DNA of 64,000 nt from Planctomycetota bacterium (GCA_038227875.1 JBBRPR010000026.1:32001-96000), one strand, 5' to 3'; shown: positions 48,114-57,006, numbered from the stretch's first letter. A program made the numbers and translations. Notes: generated by a model not told the origin, from the letters alone.

Positions 48114-49517
48114 ATGACCTTGGCGCAAATTCCGGCAATCGTTTGGATTGTGATCGCGTGGATCTACGGCGCGATGCTCGGCAGCTATGTCAACATGGCG
48201 GCGTACCGGCTGCCGCGTTATATCTCGACGGTGACGCGCACGCGTTCGTTCTGCCCGAAATGCAATCATCAACTTTCGATCTTCGAAAATCTGCCGATCA
48301 TCAGCTTCCTGGTGCTGCGCGGAAAATGCTGGCATTGCAAAGCGCCGATTCCGTCGCGGTATCTCTGGGTGGAACTGATCGTCGCTTCGCTTTCCGCGCT
48401 CGCCGCGTATCAGTACTTTGCGCTGAATCTCGGCTTTTCCGGACCGATGCCGCTGGCCATTCTATTCATACAGCTGTTCCTGATCGTGGACCTGGTGCTG
48501 CTCTCCGTTGTCGATTTGGAGATGTGGATCATTCCCTGGCAGACGACGCTGCCGTGGATTGTCGTGGGCCTGATCCTTGCGCCGATATTTCCCGAACTGC
48601 ATCAGTCTGCGACGCAGTGGTTTCCCTTTGAACCGCGCCTGAACGCGTTCATCGACAGCTTCACTGGCCTGGCGCTCGGCGCTGGAGGCCCCTGGGCCGT
48701 CGGCATCCTCACCACCATCGGCTCGTTTGCGTGGTTCAAATTCCGCCAGGACCCGCGCCGCCCGCTGGAAGGCATGGGCGACGGCGACACGCATTTGATG
48801 GGCATGGTCGGTGCGCTGCTGGGCTGGAAGCCCGCGCTGCTCACGCTTTTTCTCGGCGTGATCATCGGCGCGACAACCGGCCTGGCGAAAATCTGGTACG
48901 AACGTTTCCGCCACTGGCAGCTCGGCGACAAATACAAACCGTGGCAGCCGACGTACGAACACATCGAAGAACCCGCCGGCGCCGATCAGAAACCGTCGCA
49001 CGCCTTCTGGATTCTGCTGGTCATGGGCGTAATCGTGATGATCTTCGCCGGATTCCTCTACGAACGCAGTTACTCGACGTTTGACGGCGCTCCGTCGCGC
49101 GGCGATGAAATGTCCGATCGCACTCTGTTTCAGGCCTACGACATGCGGCTGCTGCCGGTGCTGATGATGTTCCTGCTGGCGATGCTGCTGGTCTTCGCGT
49201 TCCTCTTCAAGTCGTACCTCGCGCGCATCGACCTGCTGCCGCAGGGCGATATCGTCGAGAAGGATGATGGCAAGAAAGAAGAGGTGCTCGAAGGTAATTA
49301 CGTTCCGTTCGGTCCGTCCCTGGCGCTTGGCGCGCTGCTGGTTGCGCTTTACGACCCGCTGCTTCGCGAAATCGCGTACTGGTTCGCGACCGGAACATCG
49401 AAGCAACTGCCCACGCTGCCCTACCGGTTTCTTGCTGACGGCTTCGTGATTCACTGGCTCACCACGATCCTACAGGGATTTAACGCACTGACTCAGAAGC
49501 TAATGGGTGGTCAATAG
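48114..49517 (+). CDS. pilD: Prepilin peptidase / N-methyltransferase (A24), extended
   Basis: GSYVN...YRLPR, RSFCPKC, RGKCWHC, VDLE, GMGDGD, VPFGPSLA. Confidence 0.9.
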   Translation: MTLAQIPAIVWIVIAWIYGAMLGSYVNMAAYRLPRYISTVTRTRSFCPKCNHQLSIFENLPIISFLVLRGKCWHCKAPIPSRYLWVELIVASLSALAAYQYFALNLGFSGPMPLAILFIQLFLIVDLVLLSVVDLEMWIIPWQTTLPWIVVGLILAPIFPELHQSATQWFPFEPRLNAFIDSFTGLALGAGGPWAVGILTTIGSFAWFKFRQDPRRPLEGMGDGDTHLMGMVGALLGWKPALLTLFLGVIIGATTGLAKIWYERFRHWQLGDKYKPWQPTYEHIEEPAGADQKPSHAFWILLVMGVIVMIFAGFLYERSYSTFDGAPSRGDEMSDRTLFQAYDMRLLPVLMMFLLAMLLVFAFLFKSYLARIDLLPQGDIVEKDDGKKEEVLEGNYVPFGPSLALGALLVALYDPLLREIAYWFATGTSKQLPTLPYRFLADGFVIHWLTTILQGFNALTQKLMGGQ

Positions 49518-49532
49518 GACAGGGAGGTCTCC

Positions 49533-50048
49533 GTGGTACGACGCATTCTCATTTCAACATTCCTCTGCGCGATTGCCTTGCAACTCCGCGCGGAAGACGC
49601 GGCCACCGCGCAGATCAAGAAGAAGGCCGAAACGTGTGCGACGGCGATGCAGAAAGGTGAATTCGAGAAAGTCGCCGAACTGACGCACCCCAAAGTAATC
49701 GAAATTCTCGGCGGCAAGAAGAAGGCCGCGGAGACCATGGCCTCGGTCATGGACGAGATGGAAACGCAGGGAATCTCCATCGCCGAATACACGGTCGGCA
49801 ACGTTTCGGAGATCGTCACTGATAACGACAATCAGTTCGCCATCGTCCGCACCACGATGAAGATGAATTGTCCCAAAGGCATTCTGACGCAGAACAGTTT
49901 CCTGGTCGCGATCTCTTCCGACAAGGGCAAGTCGTGGACGTTTGTCGACGGCAATGCCGTCGATCAGTTGAAGCAGATCAACTTTTCCGTGCCCAAGGCG
50001 CTGAAAATTCCAGAGCGCGAAGAACCGGTGCTCTCGCCGAAAAAATAA
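49533..50048 (+). CDS. Hypothetical secreted protein (NTF2-like fold possible)
   Basis: GGAGG RBS; signal peptide; AISSDKGKSWTFVD. Confidence 0.78.
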   Translation: MVRRILISTFLCAIALQLRAEDAATAQIKKKAETCATAMQKGEFEKVAELTHPKVIEILGGKKKAAETMASVMDEMETQGISIAEYTVGNVSEIVTDNDNQFAIVRTTMKMNCPKGILTQNSFLVAISSDKGKSWTFVDGNAVDQLKQINFSVPKALKIPEREEPVLSPKK

Positions 50049-50053
50049 CCGCG

Positions 50054-50893
50054 CTACTTCGCATTCCAGCGCCGAGCCGCCAGCCGATACGCGCGGGGAC
50101 TCTGCCCGCAGGCGGCTTTGAATAAGCGGCTGAAATGGAATTGATCCGCGAAGCCGCTACGCTGCCCGACTTCAGCGATCGACGCGTCACTGGCCAGCAG
50201 CAACTCCTGAGCGCTCCGCAGTCTCAGCATCTGCAGATAGTGCAGCGGCGCATGCCCCGTCGCCCGCCGGAACGTGTCGTGAAAGCGGCTCTCCGATAAA
50301 AACACGCTCCGCGCCAGCTGCCCGCGCGTGACCCGCTCGGCCAGATGAGCCTGCATGTAATCCAGCGCCGGCTGGATGCGCGCGTGTCCTGAAAGCAGCG
50401 CCGCCGCGCTCTCCTTCAGCCGCGCGTGCCGGAGCAGCAGTCGCAGCGTGCGAAAATTCAGCTCCCGGCGCTGCGCAATCGCCGCGAGGCTGTGCGGCTC
50501 GGAACTCTGAAGCAGCGCTACTTGTTGCACGACCACCGCGCCGATTTCCTCGCCGGTTTTACGCGGCAGCACCAGCGGGATCTCAACGACTTGGAACAAG
50601 TCCACCGCGCCCAGCACCGTAAAGCGCATATGCGACCAATGGTAGACCGTTGACGTTCCGGGATCATTGCGCGAACGCTGCAGCGCGTTGCTGGGCACCG
50701 CGTAGCCCCCGTGGGGCGGCACATACACCGGCACACGTCCCTCCAGTTGCATCGTCACGCGACCGCCCGCGGCTTGGCCGATCACCGCGCCGGGATAACG
50801 CGTCCAAGGATCGTTCAGACAATGCCGCTCGACGCCGCAGCGTAGCAACTGAACATCCAGCGACTGTTCCCACGCGGTGAGTGGAACTTCCAT
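50054..50893 (-). CDS. AraC-family transcriptional regulator
   Basis: C-terminal LSESRF..F...G..P..Y...R, GFADQFHFSRLFK...G.SP..YR. Confidence 0.93.
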   Translation of the reverse strand: MEVPLTAWEQSLDVQLLRCGVERHCLNDPWTRYPGAVIGQAAGGRVTMQLEGRVPVYVPPHGGYAVPSNALQRSRNDPGTSTVYHWSHMRFTVLGAVDLFQVVEIPLVLPRKTGEEIGAVVVQQVALLQSSEPHSLAAIAQRRELNFRTLRLLLRHARLKESAAALLSGHARIQPALDYMQAHLAERVTRGQLARSVFLSESRFHDTFRRATGHAPLHYLQMLRLRSAQELLLASDASIAEVGQRSGFADQFHFSRLFKAACGQSPRAYRLAARRWNAK

Positions 50894-51008
50894 CGGTTTC
50901 TCCGGACAGTACAATCCGACATAAAGTCGATATTCGCCACTATGGAATTAATACTGAGAATAGCGCATAGTGTCTCCCGAAGACAACCTTCATTCAGGAG
51001 AAAACAGC

Positions 51009-51848
51009 ATGTCCAGTTCAGTTGCAGAATACGACACTAAAACAGCCGTGGTGAGTAACGAGGACCGTTTCCTGTTCGACCTGCAGGGATTCATTCTGCT
51101 GCGCGGTGTACTCTCGCCGGAAGAATGCCGGAACTATCTGGGTGTAATCGAAGAACTCGAGAACCTTCCGCACGACGACAAAGCGCGGCGCGAGAAGCTC
51201 AACCCGACCGGTCGTCCCAGCCAGCCCACGCTCGAAAACAATACGCACTCCAAGCGTTTGAACGGATTGCTGCGCCTCAATTCCGCGTTCGATGCGCTGA
51301 TCGCACATCCCGGGGTTGCGCCGTATCTTGAAGCCTTCATGGGGCAACCGCAACTGGTCAACACGTGGTCGATCTCGAAATTCAAAGGCCAGGACAGTGG
51401 CGGCTGGCATCGCGGCGTCTCGCCGATTCAGTACAGCTGCCGCGACGGCAATATACGCAGCGCGATGCTCAACACCGTCTGGTTCCTGACCGATAACGGT
51501 CCCGAGGACGGTTGCGTCGTCGCGCTTCCCGGCGGCCACAAGAGCAACCGCGATCTCGACTGGGGCAAGTATAAGGGCCTGGCCATGCCCGGCGCGCGCC
51601 CGATCACCGGCCAGCCCGGCGACGTCTTTCTCTTCTCCGAAACCGTGCTCCACAACGGCCTGCCCAAAACCACGCCCGGCCGCCGCACGAATCTCTACTA
51701 CAACTATACCACGCGCGATTTCAACGTGATGACCTTCTCGCCCGAGCATAACTTCCACTTCTGCATGCCGCCCTCGGTCCGCGCTCGATTCACACCCAAG
51801 CAACTCGAATACACCGAGTGGATGCAGTACATGCAAGCAACGGAATAG
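51009..51848 (+). CDS. PhyH-family Fe(II)/2-oxoglutarate-dependent enzyme with HxG motif
   Basis: FDLQGFILLRGVLS, WHRG, LTDNGPEDG, PGGHK, GDVFLF...LHNG, distal Arg; AGGAG RBS. Confidence 0.88.
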   Translation: MSSSVAEYDTKTAVVSNEDRFLFDLQGFILLRGVLSPEECRNYLGVIEELENLPHDDKARREKLNPTGRPSQPTLENNTHSKRLNGLLRLNSAFDALIAHPGVAPYLEAFMGQPQLVNTWSISKFKGQDSGGWHRGVSPIQYSCRDGNIRSAMLNTVWFLTDNGPEDGCVVALPGGHKSNRDLDWGKYKGLAMPGARPITGQPGDVFLFSETVLHNGLPKTTPGRRTNLYYNYTTRDFNVMTFSPEHNFHFCMPPSVRARFTPKQLEYTEWMQYMQATE

Positions 51849-51885
51849 TAACGATGAACGATGATTAATGAACGTTGGATAAAAA

Positions 51886-51912
51886 TTCGGAACGCGAAAT
51901 TTGCGTTCCGAA
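51886..51912 (+). terminator. Hairpin, probable terminator of the PhyH gene
   Basis: TTCGGAACGC-GAAATTT-GCGTTCCGAA followed by GTTT. Confidence 0.55.
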
Positions 51913-51963
51913 GTTTCATGTGGTCAAATGGTGGCTGTAGTTTTTCACAGGGCGACGTGCTTT

Positions 51964-52135
51964 CATGGAGGACAAGATTATGCGTGCTTTCTGCGCTCCC
52001 AACCACGTCCTCCATGTTCGCGCCTGAATCCTTCTTACTCTCACCAGCTAAGAATGGCCTGATCGCTCTTGTGAGCGGAGCGCGGCGTGGGGTCACATCC
52101 ACATCCGCGGCGCATGCCGCAAGGAGCGCAGTGTC
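51964..52135 (+). promoter_or_regulatory. Putative ribosome-dependent attenuator leader of the rbfA-like/rtcB operon
   Basis: CATGGAGGAC (51964-73) pairs with GTCCTCCATG (52007-16); CTGCGCTCC (51991-99) pairs with the downstream RBS GGAGCGCAG (52123-31) or with GGAGCGCGG (52077-85). Confidence 0.55.
51980..52027 (+). CDS. Putative 15-aa leader peptide MRAFCAPNHVLHVRA
   Basis: GGAGG RBS, ATG 51980, TGA 52025-52027; below the ORF-track size cut-off. Confidence 0.55.
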   Translation: MRAFCAPNHVLHVRA

Positions 52136-52495
52136 ATGTCGTATGACAAAGAAGAAAAGCGCGGCCAACGAGGCCATCGGGCTCAGCGCATCGAACGCAC
52201 CGTTGCCGACGTGTTGGAATATGAAATCCTGCCAGCGCTGGAAAACCCGGCGTTGGAAGAACTGCATGTGTTGCGCGTCGAGGCTTCCAACAACCTCGCG
52301 AGCCTGCAGATCGCAATCGTACCCAAACGCAAGGAAGTTCCGCAACCTCCCGAAGAAATCCAGGCGGCGCTGACCTCAGCAGAAGGCTTCGTCCGCTCGG
52401 AACTCGCCGGAATCCTGCGCATCAAGCGCATGCCGGTGATCCGGCTGCGCTACATTCCGCTGCCGCTATACGGGGCGGAAGGCGGTGGCGCATGA
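52136..52495 (+). CDS. Ribosome-binding factor A (RbfA)-like protein, divergent paralog
   Basis: HRAQRI..., NPAL..LHVLRVEAS.NL, AL..AEGFVRSELA..LRIKRMP.I pattern; AAGGAG RBS; lacks the canonical DPR motif and C-terminal helix. Confidence 0.8.
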   Translation: MSYDKEEKRGQRGHRAQRIERTVADVLEYEILPALENPALEELHVLRVEASNNLASLQIAIVPKRKEVPQPPEEIQAALTSAEGFVRSELAGILRIKRMPVIRLRYIPLPLYGAEGGGA

Positions 52496-53637
52496 AGCAG
52501 ATCTTCGCGCACCCACAGTTGGTGCCGTTAAAAATCTGGGCGGAGAAAGTCGATGCGGAGGCGCTCCAGCAGTTGCAGCGCCTCGCGCGTTCGGAGTTGC
52601 TCGCGGGGCCGGTGGCCGTCATGCCGGATGTTCACAGCGCCGGCGCCGTCTGCGTCGGCACGGTCCTCGCCACGGCGAACGTGGTACTGCCCACGGCCGT
52701 CGGGGAGGACCTCGGCTGTGGCATGGCCGTCGAACGGCTGCCGCTCGCCGCGAGCCATTTCTCGCGGGCGCAATTGGAATCGATCGTCGCAACTGTTCTT
52801 AAAGCAGTGCCCGTCGGCCGGCGCAGTCACGCCACACCGCGTGAATTTATCCAAGGCAGCGCGCTCAGCACCGGCGCGCTGCAACACGCCGCGGAGTACC
52901 TCGGTCCGCGCCAAGTCGGCACGCTCGGCGGCGGCAACCACTTCATCGAGTTGCAACGGGACGCACACGACCGGCTGTGGGTGACGGTGCATTCCGGTTC
53001 GCGCGGCGTCGGCGCGGCGATCGCGTCGCATCACGGTCGCGTGGCGGAAGCGAAGTCCGATCGCAAGCTGCCGTTTTTGCGACTCGGTACGTCAGAAGCT
53101 GACGCGTTCTGGCTCGACCTGGCGTGGGCGCTGGCGTTTGCCGAAGAAAACCGGCGTCGCATGCACGCGGCCGTGCGGCGCGTGCTCTCCGCACTGTGCA
53201 ATGAGCACGTGGAAGCCGCCGAACGCTTCGACGTCGCTCACAATCTGATCACGCGCGAAGTTCACGGCGGTCGGGAACTCGTGATTCACCGCAAAGGCGC
53301 CATGCCTGCCGCGGCCGGCGCGCGCGGCATCATTCCCGGCTCGATGGGTACTATCAGCTATATCGTGGAAGGACTCGGCAGCGACGCATCGTATCACTCG
53401 TGTTCGCACGGCGCAGGGCGAGCTCTCCCGCGCGTCGAGGCCCGGCAGCGCATCTCGCCGGCCCAGTTGCGCCGCGAACTTCGCGCCGTCGTGATCCCCG
53501 CCGATCCGCGCCTCGTACGCACGCTCGTTGAGGAAGCGCCCTCGGCCTACAAGCCGCTCAAACGCGTGTTGGCAGAGCAGGCCGACCTGGTCCGGCCGAT
53601 GCTGCGATTGGAACCGTTGGCGGTGATTAAAGGATGA
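52492..53637 (+). CDS. rtcB: RtcB-family RNA 2',3'-cyclic phosphate/5'-OH ligase
   Basis: MPDVH, DLGCG, GTLGGGNHFIE, HSGSRG, HN, HRKGA, PGSMG, SCSHGAGR, EEAPSAYK; ATGA overlap with the upstream gene. Confidence 0.95.
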   Translation: MKQIFAHPQLVPLKIWAEKVDAEALQQLQRLARSELLAGPVAVMPDVHSAGAVCVGTVLATANVVLPTAVGEDLGCGMAVERLPLAASHFSRAQLESIVATVLKAVPVGRRSHATPREFIQGSALSTGALQHAAEYLGPRQVGTLGGGNHFIELQRDAHDRLWVTVHSGSRGVGAAIASHHGRVAEAKSDRKLPFLRLGTSEADAFWLDLAWALAFAEENRRRMHAAVRRVLSALCNEHVEAAERFDVAHNLITREVHGGRELVIHRKGAMPAAAGARGIIPGSMGTISYIVEGLGSDASYHSCSHGAGRALPRVEARQRISPAQLRRELRAVVIPADPRLVRTLVEEAPSAYKPLKRVLAEQADLVRPMLRLEPLAVIKG

Positions 53638-53648
53638 AACCGAAAGAC

Positions 53649-53691
53649 GTCATTTTGACCTCCGTGCCAATGGCACGAAGGTTAAAATGAC
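53649..53691. terminator. 21-bp imperfect hairpin between convergent genes
   Basis: GTCATTTTGACCTCCGTGCCA-A-TGGCACGAAGGTTAAAATGAC. Confidence 0.65.
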
Positions 53692-53720
53692 CCTAGGGCC
53701 AACTGGCCCGCGGGTGTTCG

Positions 53721-54341
53721 CTACAGCGCACCATCCAAACTCAACTGCCCATATGTCGCCACCTTCGCGTCGCGGACGTTGTCGATCGGAACCGGCGTAT
53801 CGTTGCGCACTTCCGCCCCGGCAAAGGTGCATTCGATAATCGCGTTGGACACCGGCAGTCGCTTGAGCACCAATCGCGCGCGCGGCGTCATGCCTGCGAT
53901 ACCCGACGCGGCAATCACGTAACTTTCCTGATCGGACGTCGCAATCAGCAGCGCCTCGCGTTTTTGAACGGCCTTGGCCGACACAATCTCCGTAATCGCG
54001 ATCTCTTCAATCCGCTTGGCGCTCAGATCGGCCTCAAAGCGCGGCTTGGACGTCCAGTTCTGGACCAGCGATGCGTCGCGCGAAAAACGGTAGACGGCGT
54101 ACAGCGAGACGCTCAGCGAACTCAAATACGCCGCGGTCATCGCGAAATCGTTGCCTTTCAGCAGCGCGCGCATCAGCGGGCCGAAGAAGATCATACCCAG
54201 CGCGCTGATCGGCAACGCCAGCACCACCAGCATCATGTAGATGAGGATCTTCGCGGCGGGACCGCTGTTGTCCGGGACGCGATCGGCTTCGATCTTCTGG
54301 CGTTCTTCCGGCGTAAAGTTGCGTTCAGTAATCTTCAGCAT
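53721..54341 (-). CDS. Hypothetical membrane protein (2 TM)
   Basis: Two hydrophobic segments; start codon uncertain. Confidence 0.65.
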   Translation of the reverse strand: MLKITERNFTPEERQKIEADRVPDNSGPAAKILIYMMLVVLALPISALGMIFFGPLMRALLKGNDFAMTAAYLSSLSVSLYAVYRFSRDASLVQNWTSKPRFEADLSAKRIEEIAITEIVSAKAVQKREALLIATSDQESYVIAASGIAGMTPRARLVLKRLPVSNAIIECTFAGAEVRNDTPVPIDNVRDAKVATYGQLSLDGAL

Positions 54342-54450
54342 GCGTATCGAAAACCATACTACCGACGCGGCCCGATTTCGCCACATTGCCTTCACGAGTG
54401 CGCATGGTATTGTTCATTTTTTCTCACATATATCGCGCGAGGCAACTCCT

Positions 54451-55191
54451 GTGGCAGCGACGGCACTCATCCTTGGCGCATCTGGAACGATCGGCGGCCG
54501 CGTCGCCTCCGAACTGATCAATCGCGGCTACGACGTCGGGTTGCACTATCACGCTCATTCCGCGCCTTGCGAAAAACTGGCCGCGGACGCTGCATCACGC
54601 CGACTCAACGCCAAATGCTACGTGGCCGACTTCCAGGATCCACAAGCACCGACGGTTCTCGCTCAAGCATTCCTGAAAGATTTTTCGAAAATCGACGCGC
54701 TGGTCTGCGCCGCCGGCGTCGTCCACGACGCGCCGCTGCTGACGCTCAAAGACGATGACCTCCGCGGAGTGGTGAATGTCGACCTGCGCGCGATATTTCT
54801 GGTGCTCAAAGCTTTCTCGCGGCAGTTCATGAAGCAGAAGTCCGGCGCGATCGTTGCGCTCTCGTCGCACGCGGGCGTCAGCGGGCGGGCCGGGGGAGTG
54901 GCCTACGCGATGGCGCAGAGCGGCCTGCAGGCGCTGATCAAATCCACCGCGCGCGAATGGGGCGCCTTCGGCGTGCGCGCCAACGCTGTTTTGCCCCCGT
55001 TTGTCGCCGATTCCGCCATGGGCCGCAGCGCGTCGCCGGAATTCGCCGCCGCCGTGAAAGCCAAGCGTGTCCTGAAAACCGAGACCGACGGCGCCGCCGC
55101 CGTGGCGTTGCTGGTCGCCAGCCTGCTCGAAAACCCGTCGATCTCCGGCCAGATCCTCAGCGCTGACAGTCGCGTGCTTTCCCTCTCGTGA
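54451..55191 (+). CDS. Short-chain dehydrogenase/reductase (FabG-like)
   Basis: GASGTIG, CAAG, SS..G..G...YAMAQ, GVRANAV.P; GTG start with GAGG upstream. Confidence 0.88.
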   Translation: MAATALILGASGTIGGRVASELINRGYDVGLHYHAHSAPCEKLAADAASRRLNAKCYVADFQDPQAPTVLAQAFLKDFSKIDALVCAAGVVHDAPLLTLKDDDLRGVVNVDLRAIFLVLKAFSRQFMKQKSGAIVALSSHAGVSGRAGGVAYAMAQSGLQALIKSTAREWGAFGVRANAVLPPFVADSAMGRSASPEFAAAVKAKRVLKTETDGAAAVALLVASLLENPSISGQILSADSRVLSLS

Positions 55192-55234
55192 ATTCTGTTT
55201 CGCGGGTACCTAAAGAGCTGTATAGTTTCCCCTT

Positions 55235-57004
55235 GTGACCGACGCCACGGCCCAGTCCCTCGACGCCAAACGAGACGTACAGCGCATCCTTGCTGAGCGC
55301 CTGTATCCGCTGGGCGTGTTGCTGCGTTTCCGCGTCCGCGCCATCACCAATCAGATCCGTAACATCCGCCGCGAATCGATGTTGAAAATCGTCGTCGTCA
55401 CCACGCTTGGCGTCGGTTTCTGGGTCGGGTTGTTTGAACTGTTTCTCTACGGTTTCCAATTCGTCAACGATAACGCCGGCGTCGCGCGGCCGTACTTGAT
55501 CCACCACATTCTCAGCCTGTTCTTCATGGCGCTCTCGTTCATGCTCGTTTTTTCCAACGCGGTCATCGCGCTGCAAAATCTGTTCAAGGAGCAGGAGACC
55601 GCGTTTCTTTTCTCCCTGCCCGTGCGCCACGACACGATTTTTCTCTACAAATTCATCGAATCACTGGTCTTCTCGTCGTGGGCGGTCTTTGCCGCCGGAT
55701 TGCCTTTGATGCTCGCCTATGGCATCAAGTCCGATGTCGACTGGTACTTTTATCCGCTCGTGCTGTTGTTCATGCTGCCATTTGTCGTACTCCCCGCCGC
55801 GCTCGGAACGCTGCTGGGATTGCTCTTGATGGCCATCGTCCCACGGCATGGTTATAAGGTGCTCGGCGCGATGGTCGTGGCGCTCGTCGGCTGCGCGATC
55901 TACCTGTACGTCACGATTTTCCACTCGCCGGCCGCGTACATGAGCGGCTACGGCTCGTCGGAAATCCAGGCCAGCGTGCAGCGCGTGCTCGGCCGCCTGA
56001 ACTTCACGCAGCACGTCCTTACGCCCAACTATTGGATTACCGAAGGACTGCTCCGCGTCGGCGACGCCAAGCCCGACAGCCTCAATGCCGGCGCGCTGTT
56101 TTTCGGAGCGTTGATGACCAGTGCGATGTTCTTCCTCTCGCTGGGTTGGTTCCTTTCCGGCTCGATGTACGCCGCGACATACTCCTTCGCCAGCGGCGGA
56201 AGTTCCGTGCGCAGCATCGGCAGAAAATCGTGGGTCGAATGGTTTTTCGCGCCGGCGTCCGCGCGCTGGCCGCAGATCATGATCCTGGTGGTGAAAGACG
56301 TGAAGACGTTTCTGCGCGACCCGACCCAGTGGTCGCAGGTGCTGATTTTCTTCGGCATCCTTGGGCTGTACATCGGCAACCTGCGGAACTTTTCGTATCC
56401 GCTCGATCAGCCCTTCTACCAGAACCTGATTTCGTTCCTGAATCTCGGCGCGACCTGCATGACGCTGGCGACGATGACCAGCCGCTTCATTTTTCCCCTG
56501 ATTTCGCTCGAAGGCCGCCGATTCTGGGTGCTGGGCCTGGTGCCGCTCGACCGCCGCCACGTGATGATCTCGAAATTCTATTTCGCCTTCAGCGGCTCGC
56601 TCCTGCTGGTGGTGATTCTCGTCCTGCTCTCCAATTACATTTTGCGCGGCTCGACGTTTGTGCTCGGCATCCAGCTCGTCACGGGCGTGTTTATCGCGAT
56701 GGGCTTGAGCGGCCTGAGCGTCGGCATGGGCGCGATTTTCCCCAGCTTCAACGAACGCAACCCGTCGAAGATCGTCTCCGGTTTCGGTGGCACGCTGACG
56801 CTGATTCTCGCCATCGGCCTGGTGATCGTGAGCATCATTTCCGAAGGCCTCGTCTGCCACCGCTACCTCGGCCCCATCCCCGACGAAGCCCACCTCAACT
56901 GGATGATCATCGCCTCCCTCGCCGGCATCGCGCTGCTCAACACGCTCGCCGCGTACATCCCCATGCGCTTGGGAATTCGCGCGCTGAGGCAGGTTGAGTT
57001 TTAG
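55235..57004 (+). CDS. Putative ABC-2-type transporter permease (two-repeat membrane protein)
   Basis: Many TM segments; LFSLPV, KDVKTFLRDP.QW, ISLEGRRFW motifs. Confidence 0.82.
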   Translation: MTDATAQSLDAKRDVQRILAERLYPLGVLLRFRVRAITNQIRNIRRESMLKIVVVTTLGVGFWVGLFELFLYGFQFVNDNAGVARPYLIHHILSLFFMALSFMLVFSNAVIALQNLFKEQETAFLFSLPVRHDTIFLYKFIESLVFSSWAVFAAGLPLMLAYGIKSDVDWYFYPLVLLFMLPFVVLPAALGTLLGLLLMAIVPRHGYKVLGAMVVALVGCAIYLYVTIFHSPAAYMSGYGSSEIQASVQRVLGRLNFTQHVLTPNYWITEGLLRVGDAKPDSLNAGALFFGALMTSAMFFLSLGWFLSGSMYAATYSFASGGSSVRSIGRKSWVEWFFAPASARWPQIMILVVKDVKTFLRDPTQWSQVLIFFGILGLYIGNLRNFSYPLDQPFYQNLISFLNLGATCMTLATMTSRFIFPLISLEGRRFWVLGLVPLDRRHVMISKFYFAFSGSLLLVVILVLLSNYILRGSTFVLGIQLVTGVFIAMGLSGLSVGMGAIFPSFNERNPSKIVSGFGGTLTLILAIGLVIVSIISEGLVCHRYLGPIPDEAHLNWMIIASLAGIALLNTLAAYIPMRLGIRALRQVEF

Positions 57005-57006
57005 GG

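Noticed and set aside
51921..51935. Sigma54 promoter for rtcB (as in E. coli rtcBA)
   Set aside because: TGGTCAAATGGTGGC fits the GG-N10-GC spacing but lacks the CAC and TTGC consensus, and no RtcR-like activator is nearby.
51861..52373. 170-aa ORF overlapping the leader and the rbfA-like gene
   Set aside because: Starts inside a heptamer repeat, has no protein-like features, and overlaps a better-supported gene in another frame.
54451..55191. SDR as the missing OleD
   Set aside because: It is a classical ~245-aa FabG-like SDR, not the extended 3-beta-HSD type, and is 9 kb from oleAB.
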